A DNA stretch of 64,000 nucleotides, taken from positions 5,840,202 through 5,904,201 of the forward strand of contig CM082588.2 of NCBI GenBank assembly GCA_040954595.2, written 5' to 3'. The stretch comes from Balanoglossus misakiensis (Eukaryota > Animalia > Hemichordata). Under the pieces are notes generated by a model that saw only the letters and a program-made list of their open reading frames with translations, did not search any database and was not told where the DNA came from. Positions 1 through 11,069 of the stretch are shown piece by piece. How positions within the stretch are numbered: the stretch's first letter is position 1; every line of letters starts with the position of its first letter. The position numbers and the translations under genes are program-made.

Positions 1-79
1 CTGATGACTTGATCCCCCCTCTCTAATACAGTAATAGTCATGTTACTGACTTTGATTTCATGCGACTTGTCATTTGCAG

Positions 80-211
80 ATGTTGCTGAGAAAGTGCTGC
101 AGAGATGTACAAAGGCAAACGACAAGCCAATAGAGCATCCGGATTATCAGATATCATTCGAGTATGATTTCATGGACGATATGTTCAGCAACTGGAAACA
201 TGATGACTCTA
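80..211 (+). CDS. TRPA1: TRPA exon (DVAEKVLQRCT...YQISFEYDFMDD)
   Basis: ttgcag acceptor and gtatgt donor; phase 1/1. Confidence 0.85.
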
Positions 212-3200
212 GTATGTATTTTGTTTTGCAGTAATTTCCTTTTTTCCCATACTTGTGATAAGTGATGAACCTTGCCAGTAAATTCTCTCATCACGGGGAC
301 AGTAGTCCCTAACTAAATATGTGGTATTCTATCATTCTTTTCAGCATCGGATGCAATGTCATCAAAGTCTGACAGTGTGTTTGAAGAGGACGGTAGCCTG
401 AAGGCGGCTGCTCAGCCCTACTCCAAAGATTCCATAATCCTGAAGAAGAACCACCCCCTGATGATAATGGTAAAGTCCAGTACTAAATTAAAAACATGCT
501 GCATAAAAATGTGTTAATGCAATTGTACCGTAGACAGTAGATTGTACACAAAATCTATGATTGTACTGAAAATCCAGATTCCCTAAAACACATGCCGCTA
601 AACCAAAGTGTTTCATAGCATACGTTTGTTTTCTGAAGGATTGTGAGTCGTCCCATAACAGTCTGTTTTCAGAGGCTGAAATCACCATCTTCTAGTTATC
701 TGCACATGCGTAGATGGTGCTTCTCAACTTATCCAGGCAACAGTTTTCGGAACTGTTGCCTTTCAGGCAATAGTGCCAAATTAATGCACCCCATGTGACC
801 GCACATTGGCGAATCACAGGACAGAATACGGATGAGGTGTGTTATAATATACACATGATGTCAGTCATCATGTGTTTTATAACACACCAAACACGACACA
901 CACCACATCCAGGCAACAGTACCGGGCAGAAACCGATCGAAATGATGCCCTAGGGAACAGTTCGAAATGACTAAGGTCACGTGACGGCGTATTGACGAAT
1001 CACGATCGAGGGTTCGCTGCATGGAGTGTTACAATAACTGTTGTTGCCTTCCACCAACAGGTCAGATCCAAGAGAGAAGAACTCCTGGGCCACCCGCTGT
1101 CCATCTCCTTGCTGCGGCACAAATGGAACAAGTACGGCCGCTGGGTCTACTACATCTCCCTGTTCATCTACTGCGTGTTCCTGGCCGCTCTGACCGGCTA
1201 CATCCTGATCATGCCGCCGCCCTACTATTACTACGAGTACCCGAACGGCACCAAAGAGTGGTACCTGGATGGTGCGCAGAAGTTTGGCATCGCCGACCCG
1301 AACAACCTGACGCTGAATCCGGCGGTCTGGGTCTTCAAGTGGATCGTAATAGGCCTGGCATGTTTCAATTTGTTGAAGGAGGTAAGCTCAAAGATCACAG
1401 CGGAATTTTAATAGGAATTGAATCCTTGGAAGGTGGGGGAGGGGGCTAATGTGAGATATTTGAATTTACTTGGGGTAGACACCAAGTTAATTTTATTCAC
1501 GATAACAACAAATTGTTAATTTTTCACCTGAATTCTACCAGCCAAACAGCCATTCAAACAATCATATGTCAAACACACATCACAGTCAATCAGTTGTCAA
1601 AACCATCAAAACACCCAAACAACAAACCCTCCACCCTTGATCTCCACAGCTGTTCCAGATGTTGACACAGAGGCTGAACTACTTCGACTTGGAAAACTTG
1701 ATGGAGTGGACCATCTACGTCTTGGCGTTGCTGGTGGTCATTGACTTCTCATCGGAGCAAAGCGAAGACAGCTGGAGAGAGGTAAAGATAAAACAACTTC
1801 TATCAAAAGTTTTTAAATTCAGTCTGAGTTTTTTTCTAACCATTTTGCACAAACCAGCTTTGCAGCCACCATCATTGTCATCAGTTTCAATAATGTTTTC
1901 ATGACATTAACAGTTTTCAACTCATACTTAACGTCTTACAGTATTTAGCCTTTACACTGAAACAAAAAATGCAAAATTTTACTCACATGGTTTTGGTTGT
2001 TTTTCATTACAGCCCTGGCAATGGACATGTGCTGCAATTTGCATATTTTTAGCTTGGATGAACTTGATAGTGTTTATTCGTAAACTTCCACGACTTGGAA
2101 TCTACGTGGTCATGTTTATCGGTGAGTTGATTTCCTTTCTCAACACTGATCAAGACAGGAAGATAATAATTTTGCAGTGATTTTAATTGGCTTTAATACA
2201 GTATGTATGGCAGTCTGTCAGTATGCGATGTGATTCAGTGCATGTATGTGTGTGTGTGTGTATAGTTACATATTTTGTAATGACAGGTGTTTTCTTTTAT
2301 CCCAGATGTACTCAACACCTTCTTGAAGTTCTTCATCGTCTTCTTCCTGTTCATCATTGCCTTTGGATTGGCATTCTATGTATTACTGATGAATCAGGTA
2401 AGGGCTTGCCCGACAATACAGTCTGTCTTGAATTTTGATAATTTTACATGCAGCTAATGCAACAAATTCAACATGACATTGAGAGATTGAAATCTGATGG
2501 TGTGAAATTTCTAGTAATTTTCAAGTATTCTCAGGACTTAAATTCGAACTCAGAATGTATTGTGCCATTTTAAGCAGCAATGAAGCCAGAGCACAAAATC
2601 CCTGCCCCAGAATCATGCTTGTTAATAAGAGGGCATAGCACTGTCTTTTTAGTTCAGCGATGAAATATCTTAAACACTTCAATGTCTGTTTGACACAGGA
2701 GCCATACCAAACAGCGTATCACACATTCGTCAAGACCTTCGTCATGATGATTGGCGAGTTTGAATACAACGGCATCTTCTTTGGGGACGAGTACCTTCAG
2801 GGAGAAACACCAGACGTGACCAGCGATTCCTACTTTGCCACTACCGTGTGGTACTCTGAAGTCACCTATGTGCTATTCATTGTGTTCCTCATCATCATGT
2901 CAATCATCATCATGAATTTACTGGTGAGTCTTTTATCAGGGATTTTTTTTTCACCCAGTAACATGTCCTGTCATTGCTGCGTCAAATGAGATTTGTACAT
3001 GACTTGTGCTCTCTGCCTGATTCTCATATAAATGAAAAGAAAATTGATAAATATTGGCAAATTCCTGATGAGACATAGGGAACATTTAGCCCTAATTTGA
3101 TATATGATGTAGTATTAAGGTAAAATACATTTATGTTGATGTGTCCCATGTACATATAACAATTACTGTCAGTGTGACATGAGTCAAGTATTGTCGCTAC

Positions 3201-4339
3201 CGTTAATAAATTTATCGCAGACGCCAGTCTACCAAAGCCGTTGTTGGTAAAAAATCCTACTGGTGAAATAAACATAAATGGCTATAAGATAATTTTGTAC
3301 ATTGGCATTTACTGTGCATGTTTTAGGGGGTCATTCAGCACAAACCCCAGCTGATAAGATCACTGAATATTCAAAAAGATCCCCTAGCCCATTGAAAAAC
3401 CACCAGCAGTAGAATAACATACACAAAGTCAAGTGTGCACTGACAATAAAACTCCTTTCACATTGGTAGGTTGGTTTGGCTGTAGATGACATCAAAGAAG
3501 TACAAGAACAAGCAGTTTTGAAGAGATACGCCATGCAGGTAACTAACTATGTTTGTGTTAGCCATATTGTCTATTGCGTTTTATGAAAGGGACAACTAGG
3601 GTCAAAGTTCAAGGGTCAAATTGGTCAGCCATATTGCAAAAAAGGCAAAGTCTAAATTGAAACCATAACAACAAGTTGTTCTGTTCTCCACAGGTTGAAT
3701 TGGCCTTAGATGTAGAACAGCTGATTCCGCAGTTTGTCCAGCGGAATTTCATTGTCCGGAAAGAGACGATAGAACCAAACTACGTCTACAAGAATCCCAT
3801 CACTCGGTTGTATTATTACTTTGCTGGCACAAGCGCTATATCTGCACCTTCAATAGCAAAGGCTTTGCGACCAGACCTGGTAAGTGGGTGATTTAATATT
3901 CCTGCCAATTTTTTACTGTAAAATGTTTGTTCAGTTATGTACTGCGACCAATGAAACTAGACATTGTTGGGTCACATTCCCTAGCCCTTAGATTGTTATA
4001 TGTAATTTCCCTACCATTGATGGTCATTCCCTTAATCCTTTCTCCATGATTCAGCCCAACCCATTAATTTCTGTGGTAAGGTTGGGCCTTTATAATGAGA
4101 ACTGGGGGTGAAAGGGCTAAAACACTGACCAAGCTCTTTATTTCCTCTGCCGTGGACAGGATCCCATCGAGGAGGTGCTGGAGAACCAACAAACGCTGTC
4201 CGGAACGGTCAGCAACCTCCGTAATCGAATGAAGGTCCTGCAGGAGCAGAACAACAAAATCGAGAGCATGCTGGCGGCCATCATTCACAGCCAAGGCATC
4301 ACATACGAAGAAGAGGATGGCATTGACGTCTCCCAATAG
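80..4339 (+). CDS. TRPA1: TRPA-family (TRPA1-like) cation channel, 3' part: 10 exons covering the linker, S1-S6, TRP-like helix and C-terminal coiled coil; ankyrin-repeat exons lie upstream of the window
   Basis: GT-AG exons 80-211, 345-469, 1061-1381, 1650-1781, 2013-2121, 2306-2397, 2699-2923, 3470-3538, 3694-3879 and 4160-4339 splice in frame. TRPA motifs: NHPLMIMV..KREELLGHPLS..LLRHKWNKYG, WQWTCAAICIFLAWMNL, GIYVVMF, KTFVMMIGEFEY (pore), MNLLVGLAVDDIKEVQEQAVLKRYAMQV. Stop TAG at 4337-4339. Orthology within TRPA is uncertain. Confidence 0.92.
345..469 (+). CDS. TRPA1: TRPA exon (...KKNHPLMIM)
   Basis: tttcag acceptor and gtaaag donor; in frame with neighbours. Confidence 0.85.
1061..1381 (+). 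CDS. TRPA1: TRPA exon (pre-S1, S1, S2)
   Basis: VRSKREELLGHPLS...FNLLKE; AG/GT boundaries. Confidence 0.9.
1650..1781 (+). CDS. TRPA1: TRPA exon (S3)
   Basis: LFQMLTQRLNYFDLENLMEW; AG/GT boundaries. Confidence 0.9.
2013..2121 (+). CDS. TRPA1: TRPA exon (S4)
   Basis: PWQWTCAAICIFLAWMNLIVFIRKLPRLGIYVVMFI. Confidence 0.9.
2306..2397 (+). CDS. TRPA1: TRPA exon (S5)
   Basis: DVLNTFLKFFIVFFLFIIAFGLAFYVLLMNQ. Confidence 0.9.
2699..2923 (+). CDS. TRPA1: TRPA exon (pore, S6)
   Basis: KTFVMMIGEFEY...IIMSIIIMNLL. Confidence 0.9.
3470..3538 (+). CDS. TRPA1: TRPA exon (TRP-like helix)
   Basis: VGLAVDDIKEVQEQAVLKRYAMQ. Confidence 0.9.
3694..3879 (+). CDS. TRPA1: TRPA exon
   Basis: VELALDVEQLIPQF...LRPDL; AG/GT boundaries. 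Confidence 0.88.
4160..4339 (+). CDS. TRPA1: TRPA terminal coding exon (coiled coil)
   Basis: DPIEEVLENQQTLSGTVSNLRNRMKVLQEQNNKIESMLAAII...SQ*. Confidence 0.88.
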   Translation, partial: DPIEEVLENQQTLSGTVSNLRNRMKVLQEQNNKIESMLAAIIHSQGITYEEEDGIDVSQ

Positions 4340-6228
4340 AGACGATCACAGGTTTTTTTTCCTGTTTTTTTTTTGCAACTCGGCTGAATTACGAAAAGCT
4401 GATTCTTTTAGCGTCTATAAAGCAATATTTTATTGATCTAAAGACCCACTTGTGATGTCAAAATATAACATTTACAAAGTTGAAACTATCACAATAATTC
4501 ATTACTGAAATTACAGAATATTTTAAAATCTCTTTCTCGTTTTTTATGAAATTTAGCCCATGAATCAATATTAAGAGTAATTTTATACTTCATTGATATC
4601 TAGAATTTGTCAAAATGGAAAGCTTTAACTCTATATTATAAACAGAGATATAACTAATAATAGTTTGTATTGATATGTTTAAACAATAATAGTGTGCAGT
4701 TCATTAATAAGTTGTTATAAAGCAGAAGGCAGTATTTACACAAAATACAGTGTATAGAATATAGAACAAGAATTTGTGCCAACCATTCTGAACCAATACC
4801 GGATGATATTTAATATGCAGCCATGATGGCTGTCTTTCTTAACCAATCAATATACACAAGTGACGTTGTATATATTTTAATCTTGGTAAATATGATGATT
4901 GTAGAGACATGTTTGTATATAATCATGCTCTTTTATAATTAGTGATTTAGGGAGTCTGTTAGATTGGAATTATTTCCCCTTCATTTTGGCTGAATTTTCG
5001 TGTCACCTACTGTCAAGTGTGAAAGTCCACTGGAACAAGAGAAAAGTATAGGAACATTCCATGGCAGGGATTCTAGAGGTAATGGAGGCTCTGTTTCTGG
5101 GGTGAGACTTGGGTTCATTTTTTAAGTATCAGGGTTGAAAAAATTCCAGATTCATTGGTTAAGCTTGGAAGTGATTCTTATACAAATATATATTTTGCTA
5201 ATTATTTCAAAAATAACTCGAACAGTGTATGAAGTTTTTAAAATGAATTATTCTTGAAAATGGAGTGGAAAAGGGAGGACAAAATTATTTCACAGTCAGT
5301 AACTATCACCAAAATTTTCTACAATATACATGTAGTAATTTGCTGATTAAATTTACACTTGCTGAATTCGATTTTATATTTAACATCTTACTCTAAAACT
5401 CTCATTTGATGAAAATAGGGCTGACTTTCATAAATGTGCCATTACTGTTACATTTTTAAAGCTTTTTATAAACACAAAATATGGCTGAAAAGTTGAGTAT
5501 TGATGTTTTTGTTCACCGATGTATTTTGATTTCTAAAAATAATTGATTTAAAAATCATATCATGTGTACATGGATAACAGTTTAAATAGCTATACTTATT
5601 TTTTAGATATTTTTTTTGGTTATTGAAGGCCTTGGGTAAAGTTGCTGACTTTTGTTGTGATACCATCCAATATGGCTGCCAGACGGCCATTTCTGTCTTT
5701 AAACAAGTTGACGTAGGGATCACCATAGTTCTAGTTCTCTCTTCAGAAGTCCAACCGTGCTATAGAAAACAATGAGTTTAGGCTGAACCATGGTGGTAAA
5801 GAAAGGGTTATGACTGTATCTCAGTACTATGAATGTATAATGTACTCTATACTTATAGGCCGTCGGCATTGCAGCAAAAATCATGCAGTTTCGCCAGTTC
5901 TCTCAAAACACCCCAGAGATATTCACCAGAATCTGATGAGTGGCAAAGAACAGATCAGTCATGTTTGATTTCGAACTTGCTTACAATTTGTTTTATACTC
6001 TAGGGAGTTCATGTTTTATGTCCATATTACCTGCATCAGTATAATTTCTTTCATTTAAAATCTATAAACATATATACGTACACCATTTTACCTCTTTTTA
6101 GATATTTAAAAGATGTAAATATTTATCCTGTTTTTAATTAAATTTTCATAATTGGACTAAACAGTGTTTCAAATTCACATGAAGTCTAACAGACAAGTAG
6201 ATTGTACTATTGGTTGAAGTATTACATT

Positions 6229-6910
6229 ATAAGGTCCCATTCGGTATCAATCCGATTAAAATCAGATGTAGGGTATGGCGGCATCTTTTACTTAGGTGGG
6301 ACGGTACTTTATGGTGACAGCATAAGAAAATATCGCGCTGCGAAAGTAAAGGATGTCGCCATACCCTACATCTGATTTTAATCAGATTGATTTGGTATAT
6401 ATGTGTATATACACCATTGGGACCTTATCGGATTGGTTGCGTCTGTATGTATGTGTGTGTGTATTATGTCCATCCACATCAAAAACTTGAAAACTGCTGG
6501 TGCTGGGCATATCACCTTGATATTTGGTGTGAAGATCCAGGCCAGGCTGTAGATGAGCTGGAGGATGTGAAATTTATCAGAACTCAGAAACCGAACAACT
6601 ACTGGGCAAGCTGCTTTGAAAATTGGTGAGTAGTTATGTACCTTATATCGACCTCTTGTATGTTTTGAGCTGATATCGTGAATTTTGTCTGACTATAACC
6701 ATGCCATGTCTTTAGACATTGTTGATCGTTTTTAGAAGTACAGGCTGGAGATTTGATGTAATTTATAGCTAACCTGTTTGTTGCCATGTTGGAAATTGCA
6801 CTGCATCCTGGGATAGATGGGAGTCAAGATATGAAGCCATGACACACAATGTAGAGTGGCCGCTGGCCGAATTGGTTCCTAAGCAAATTCGCCTGTTGGC
6901 GTGAACTTAT
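6229..6910. mobile_element. Degenerate non-autonomous interspersed element (Helentron/DINE-like architecture) with a nested inverted repeat
   Basis: Outer IR ATAAGGTCCCA (6229) / TGGGACCTTAT (6418). Inner 48-bp IR 6246-6293 / 6344-6391 with 3 mismatches. Followed by a GTCT/GT-like microsatellite and a small 3' stem-loop near 6888-6905. Family assignment is inferred from architecture only. Confidence 0.45.
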
Positions 6911-7749
6911 TCTGTGCCCTCGAAGTAATTTATCTGTCTATTTTTCCAGAGTTCAGTGATGTTGCCATCCGACTCATGCCAAGGTAATAGATGCCATTCC
7001 AACTCCGGAATATGAGATCTTAGATCTGGAATATCGGGAGAGATATGGATCTCAGAACTGTGCATCAACAAAAATGGTGGTCGAGTGCATGGAAGAGGAA
7101 ACTGGCAATTCTGTATCAGCTGAATGTACCAAGGTGAGATTTCTTGCATAATTTTATGTCATATTTTACATTAAATTCAAATAAACATTGTCAAAATCAT
7201 CAATGGTACTTTTTGAATCAACTTCGCTATTGTCCTAATTTGTCTTCGGTCAACCTTTAAAAATTAGAGGTTTTGTGAACTTTAGAATATGAGCATTGGC
7301 TGGACTTGAAGTCTGAAATCAGCACTCAGATTTTTTTTCTTGGTTTGACTGCATGTTTTATTCTTTCATAAGTGAAAATACATAAAATTCAATTTTACAG
7401 ATTGTCAGAATCACAAATGTTGTAAATCAATTTCATTGTTGTCCAATTTCATCCAGGTGCTCTTTGTCCGGATCGATGCCATGCTGTGAGTCGAGTTCTC
7501 CGGAATGAAGTTTCCAGAATGTAAGAAGTGTCCATTGCGGTGGTGAGCTGAGATCACATCTACCTCCAGCCCTTTGAGTGATGAATGACAATTGGTGAGT
7601 ACTGTATAATACTCTATTCATAATAGTTTTACAGTTGTAGTACTGTGTAGACTAGAGGAATAGTATGTACAGGGCTTGTGGGGCTCATATTGCCAAATTT
7701 AGGTTTAACTATAATTAGGGCGGGGAGAACCGTTCCCCTTGTTTTAAAA

Positions 7750-9180
7750 AATGCAAGTATAGAGTAAATCGTGAAAAATTGTCTAAGTTTTTTTAATGCT
7801 AGTATAGGGTTAACCCTGAAAATAGTTTTTTTTAATGAGTATAGAGAAGTATAGAGAAATATAGAGAAAATCTCGAAAAATATTCTAAGTTTTTTTCTGA
7901 ATGCAAGTATAGAGTAAATTCTGAAAAATATTCTCTAAGTTTTTTTTAAATGCAAGTATAGAGTAAATTCTGAAAAATATTCTAAGTTTTTTTTTAATGC
8001 AGGTATAGAGTAAATTCTGAAAAATTTCTAAGTTTTTTTTAATGTCAAAGTATAGAGTAAAGCCTGAAAATTTTCTAAATGTTTTTAATGTCAAAGTATA
8101 GAGTAAAGCCTGAAAAATTTCTAAGTGTTTTTTAATGTCAAAGTATAGAGTGAAGCCTGAAAATTTTCTAAGTGTTTTTAATGTCAAAGTATAGAGTGAA
8201 GCCTGAAAAATTTCTAAGTGTTTTTTAATGTCAAAGTATAGAGTGAAGCCTGAAAAATTTCTAAGTGTTTTTAATGTCAAAGTATAGAGTGAAGCCTGAA
8301 AAATTTCTAAGTGTTTTTAATGTTTAAGTATAGAGTGAAGCCTGAAAAATTTTCTAAGTGTTTTTAATGTTTAAGTATAGAGTGAAGCCTGAAAAATTTT
8401 CTAAGTGTTTTTAATGTTTAAGTATAGAGTGAAGCCTGAAAAATTTCTAAGTGTTTTTAATGTTTAAGTATAGAGTGAAGCCTGAAAAATATTCTAAGTG
8501 TTTTTTAATGTTAAAGTATAGAGTGAAGCCTGAAAATTTTCTAAGTGTTTTTAATGTTTAAGTATAGAGTGAAGCCTGAAAATTTTCTAAGTGTTTTTAA
8601 TGTTTAAGTATAGAGTGAAGCCTGAAAATTTTCTAAGTGTTTTTAATGTCAAAGTATAGAGTGAAGCCTGAAAAATTTCTAAGTGTTTTTTAATGTCAAA
8701 GTATAGAGTGAAGCCTGAAAAATTTCTAAGTGTTTTTAATGTCAAAGTATAGAGTGAAGCCTGAAAAATTTCTAAGTGTTTTTAATGTTTAAGTATAGAG
8801 TGAAGCCTGAAAATTTTCTAAGTGTTTTTAATGTTTAAGTATAGAGTGAAGCCTGAAAATTTTCTAAGTGTTTTTAATGTTTAAGTATAGAGTGAAGCCT
8901 GAAAAAATTTCTAAGTGTTTTTAATAAGTATAGAGTGAAGCCTGAAAAAATTTCTAAGTGTTTTTAATAAGTATAGAGTGAAGCCTGAAAAATTTCTAAG
9001 TGTTTTTAATAAGTATAGAGTGAAGCCTAAAAAATTTCTAAGTGTTTTTAATAAGTATAGAGTGAAGCCTAAAAAATTTCTAAGTGTTTTTAATAAGTAT
9101 AGAGTGAAGCCTAAAAAATTTCTAAGTGTTTTTAATAAGTATAGAGTAAAGCCTGAAAAAATTCTAAGTGTTTTTTTTTT
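7750..9180. repeat. AT-rich tandem satellite, 42-46-bp unit (AAGTATAGAGTGAAGCCTGAAAAATTTCTAAGTGTTTTTAAT[GTTT/GTCA]), about 30 copies
   Basis: Directly visible. The periodic ORFs at 7885-8280 and 8978-9256 are by-products. Confidence 0.97.
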
Positions 9181-9383
9181 TTTACAAAAAAGCAGACACC
9201 AAGGATTGAAATTTATTGTATTTTATTTCATTTTCATATTTCATATTTCATATTGAAATTTAACTCGTATTCACTTGTCGTTTCAGGTCTATCTGTTGAA
9301 TGGTTGATGACCAATCGAAAGAAGTGGAGTCCAGCCGGGATCTGAAAAGACAAGGCAAGTGTTAGAAAATGCAAGTTATGTAC

Positions 9384-9457
9384 GGGGCATACACAAGTTT
9401 CAAAAATTTTCTAAGTCAAAGAAAACTTAGAAAATTTTTGAAACTTGTATATGCCCC
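9384..9457. repeat. Inverted repeat, 33-bp arms with 1 mismatch, 8-nt loop
   Basis: GGGGCATACACAAGTTTCAAAAATTTTCTAAGT caaagaaa ACTTAGAAAATTTTTGAAACTTGTATATGCCCC. Confidence 0.95.
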
Positions 9458-9597
9458 AACGTGGAGGTATAGACAAATTTCAAATTTTTAGCGTTTCTGA
9501 CTTAGTTTTTTTTTTTGGCTTTTTATATGCCATCCCTAGCCCCCACCCTAACCTCCCCATGAGTGTACAGCAAAGACTAATAAATCGCTAACACAAC

Positions 9598-9757
9598 TCT
9601 TACTTCGGTTGAGCTAAGTTAAATTTTTTTTTTACAAGTGCATTATGGGCATCATAATCTATGCAAGATCTTTTCAGATGCAAAAGATCTTGCATAGATT
9701 ATGATGCCCATAATGCACTTGTAAAAAAAAATAGAAGTTTGCTCAACCGAAGTAAGA
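9598..9757. repeat. 160-bp near-perfect palindrome (foldback/MITE-like)
   Basis: TCTTACTTCGGTTGAGC...TACAAGTGCATTATGGGCATCATAATCTATGCAAGATCTTTT / cagatgc loop / exact reverse complement of the inner ~50 bp ...GCTCAACCGAAGTAAGA. Confidence 0.95.
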
Positions 9758-10055
9758 CACACACAATTACATTGCTCAGTTATCCCTCATATTAATTTTA
9801 ATGTTACGTTATTCTCCTAATCAAATTTTATTTTCGTCCTTAGGTGCAGGGAGGTTGTACACACCAATTAAGATTTAATGCAGTTTTGGAATCTATCAAG
9901 ATTTTTACCTGTCGTATTACCCTAATTTTTATACAAGTTTTTGTAAAGCTCATTATTACTGAATTTCATGAGTTTAGACATGGAATACCTGCTAATTGCC
10001 ACTGTATTAATTCTAATTTATAATACATGTACAATATTCTGCTTGTTTAGAATGA

Positions 10056-10880
10056 CCAAATTTGTGTGAACTCCATGAGAAAAAATTAATGAAAAAAGAC
10101 AATGAACACCCCGTTTTCTTTCTGATTTTATGTGACTTGCTCGCTCGTATTATGTGAATAAAGAAAACTTGCAATATTTAAGAATTGACTGCTCTCTCTT
10201 TATGGTGATCCTGACCATCTTTAAGATGACTAGTCTCAAATTTGAAATTCAAAATGGCTGCCAAATTTGTGTGAACTCCATGAGAAAAAATTAATGAAAA
10301 AAGACAATGAACACCCTGTTTTCTTTCTGATTTTATGTGACTTGCTAGCTCGTATTATGTGAATAAAGAAAACTTGCAATTTAAGAATTGGCTGCTCTCT
10401 CTTTATGGTGATCCTGACCATCTTTAAGATGACTATAAGTCTCAAATTTGAAATTCAAAATGGCCGCCAAATTTGTGTTAACTCTGAGAAAAATTGTATC
10501 GATGAAAAAGACTGAACACCCTGTTTTCTTTCTGATTTTATGTGACTTGCTAGCTCATTATCTGAATAAAGAAAACTCAGTATTAAAGAGTTGGCTGCTC
10601 TCTTTTTATGGTGATCTATAAGATGACTAGTCTCAAATTCAAAATTCAAAATGGCCGCCAAATTTGTGTTAACTCTGAGAAAAATTGTATCGATGAAAAA
10701 GACAATGAACACCCTGTTTTCTTTCTGATTTTATGTGACTTGCTAACTCAGTATTAAAGAGTTGGCTGCTCTCTTTTTATGGTGATCTATAAGATGACTA
10801 GTCTCAAATTCAAAATGGCCGCCAAATTTGTGTTAACTCTGAGAAAAATTGTATCGATGAAATAGACAGTGAACACCCTG
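10056..10880. repeat. Tandem repeat with units of 205, 206, 191 and 164 bp plus a partial fifth
   Basis: Units start CCAAATTTGTGT at 10056, 10261, 10467, 10658 and 10822; each junction carries CAAAATGGC(C/T)GCC. Confidence 0.95.
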
Positions 10881-11069
10881 TAAAAAACTGTAAAAAATTG
10901 TATCGATAAAAAAGGAAGAGTGGACCCTGTTTACTTTCTAAATCTATGGGACTTGCTCAAGTTATTTTCTAATTAAGTTATTTTCTTGAGTTATTTTCTA
11001 GTATTGTCAATCACTATAATTTGCATATTAAATGTGTGTTAAATTCTAGACTAACCACCTAATTGAATG

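Noticed and set aside
7457-7594. In-frame TGA codons as selenocysteine
   Set aside because: No selenoprotein motif context or SECIS seen; better explained by decay or a non-coding exon
7885-9256. Repetitive ORFs (TLKTLRKFSGFTLYFDIKKH, KYRVKPKKFLSVFN) and CRISPR-like periodicity
   Set aside because: Translation of a tandem satellite; no unique spacers, no cas genes, eukaryotic context
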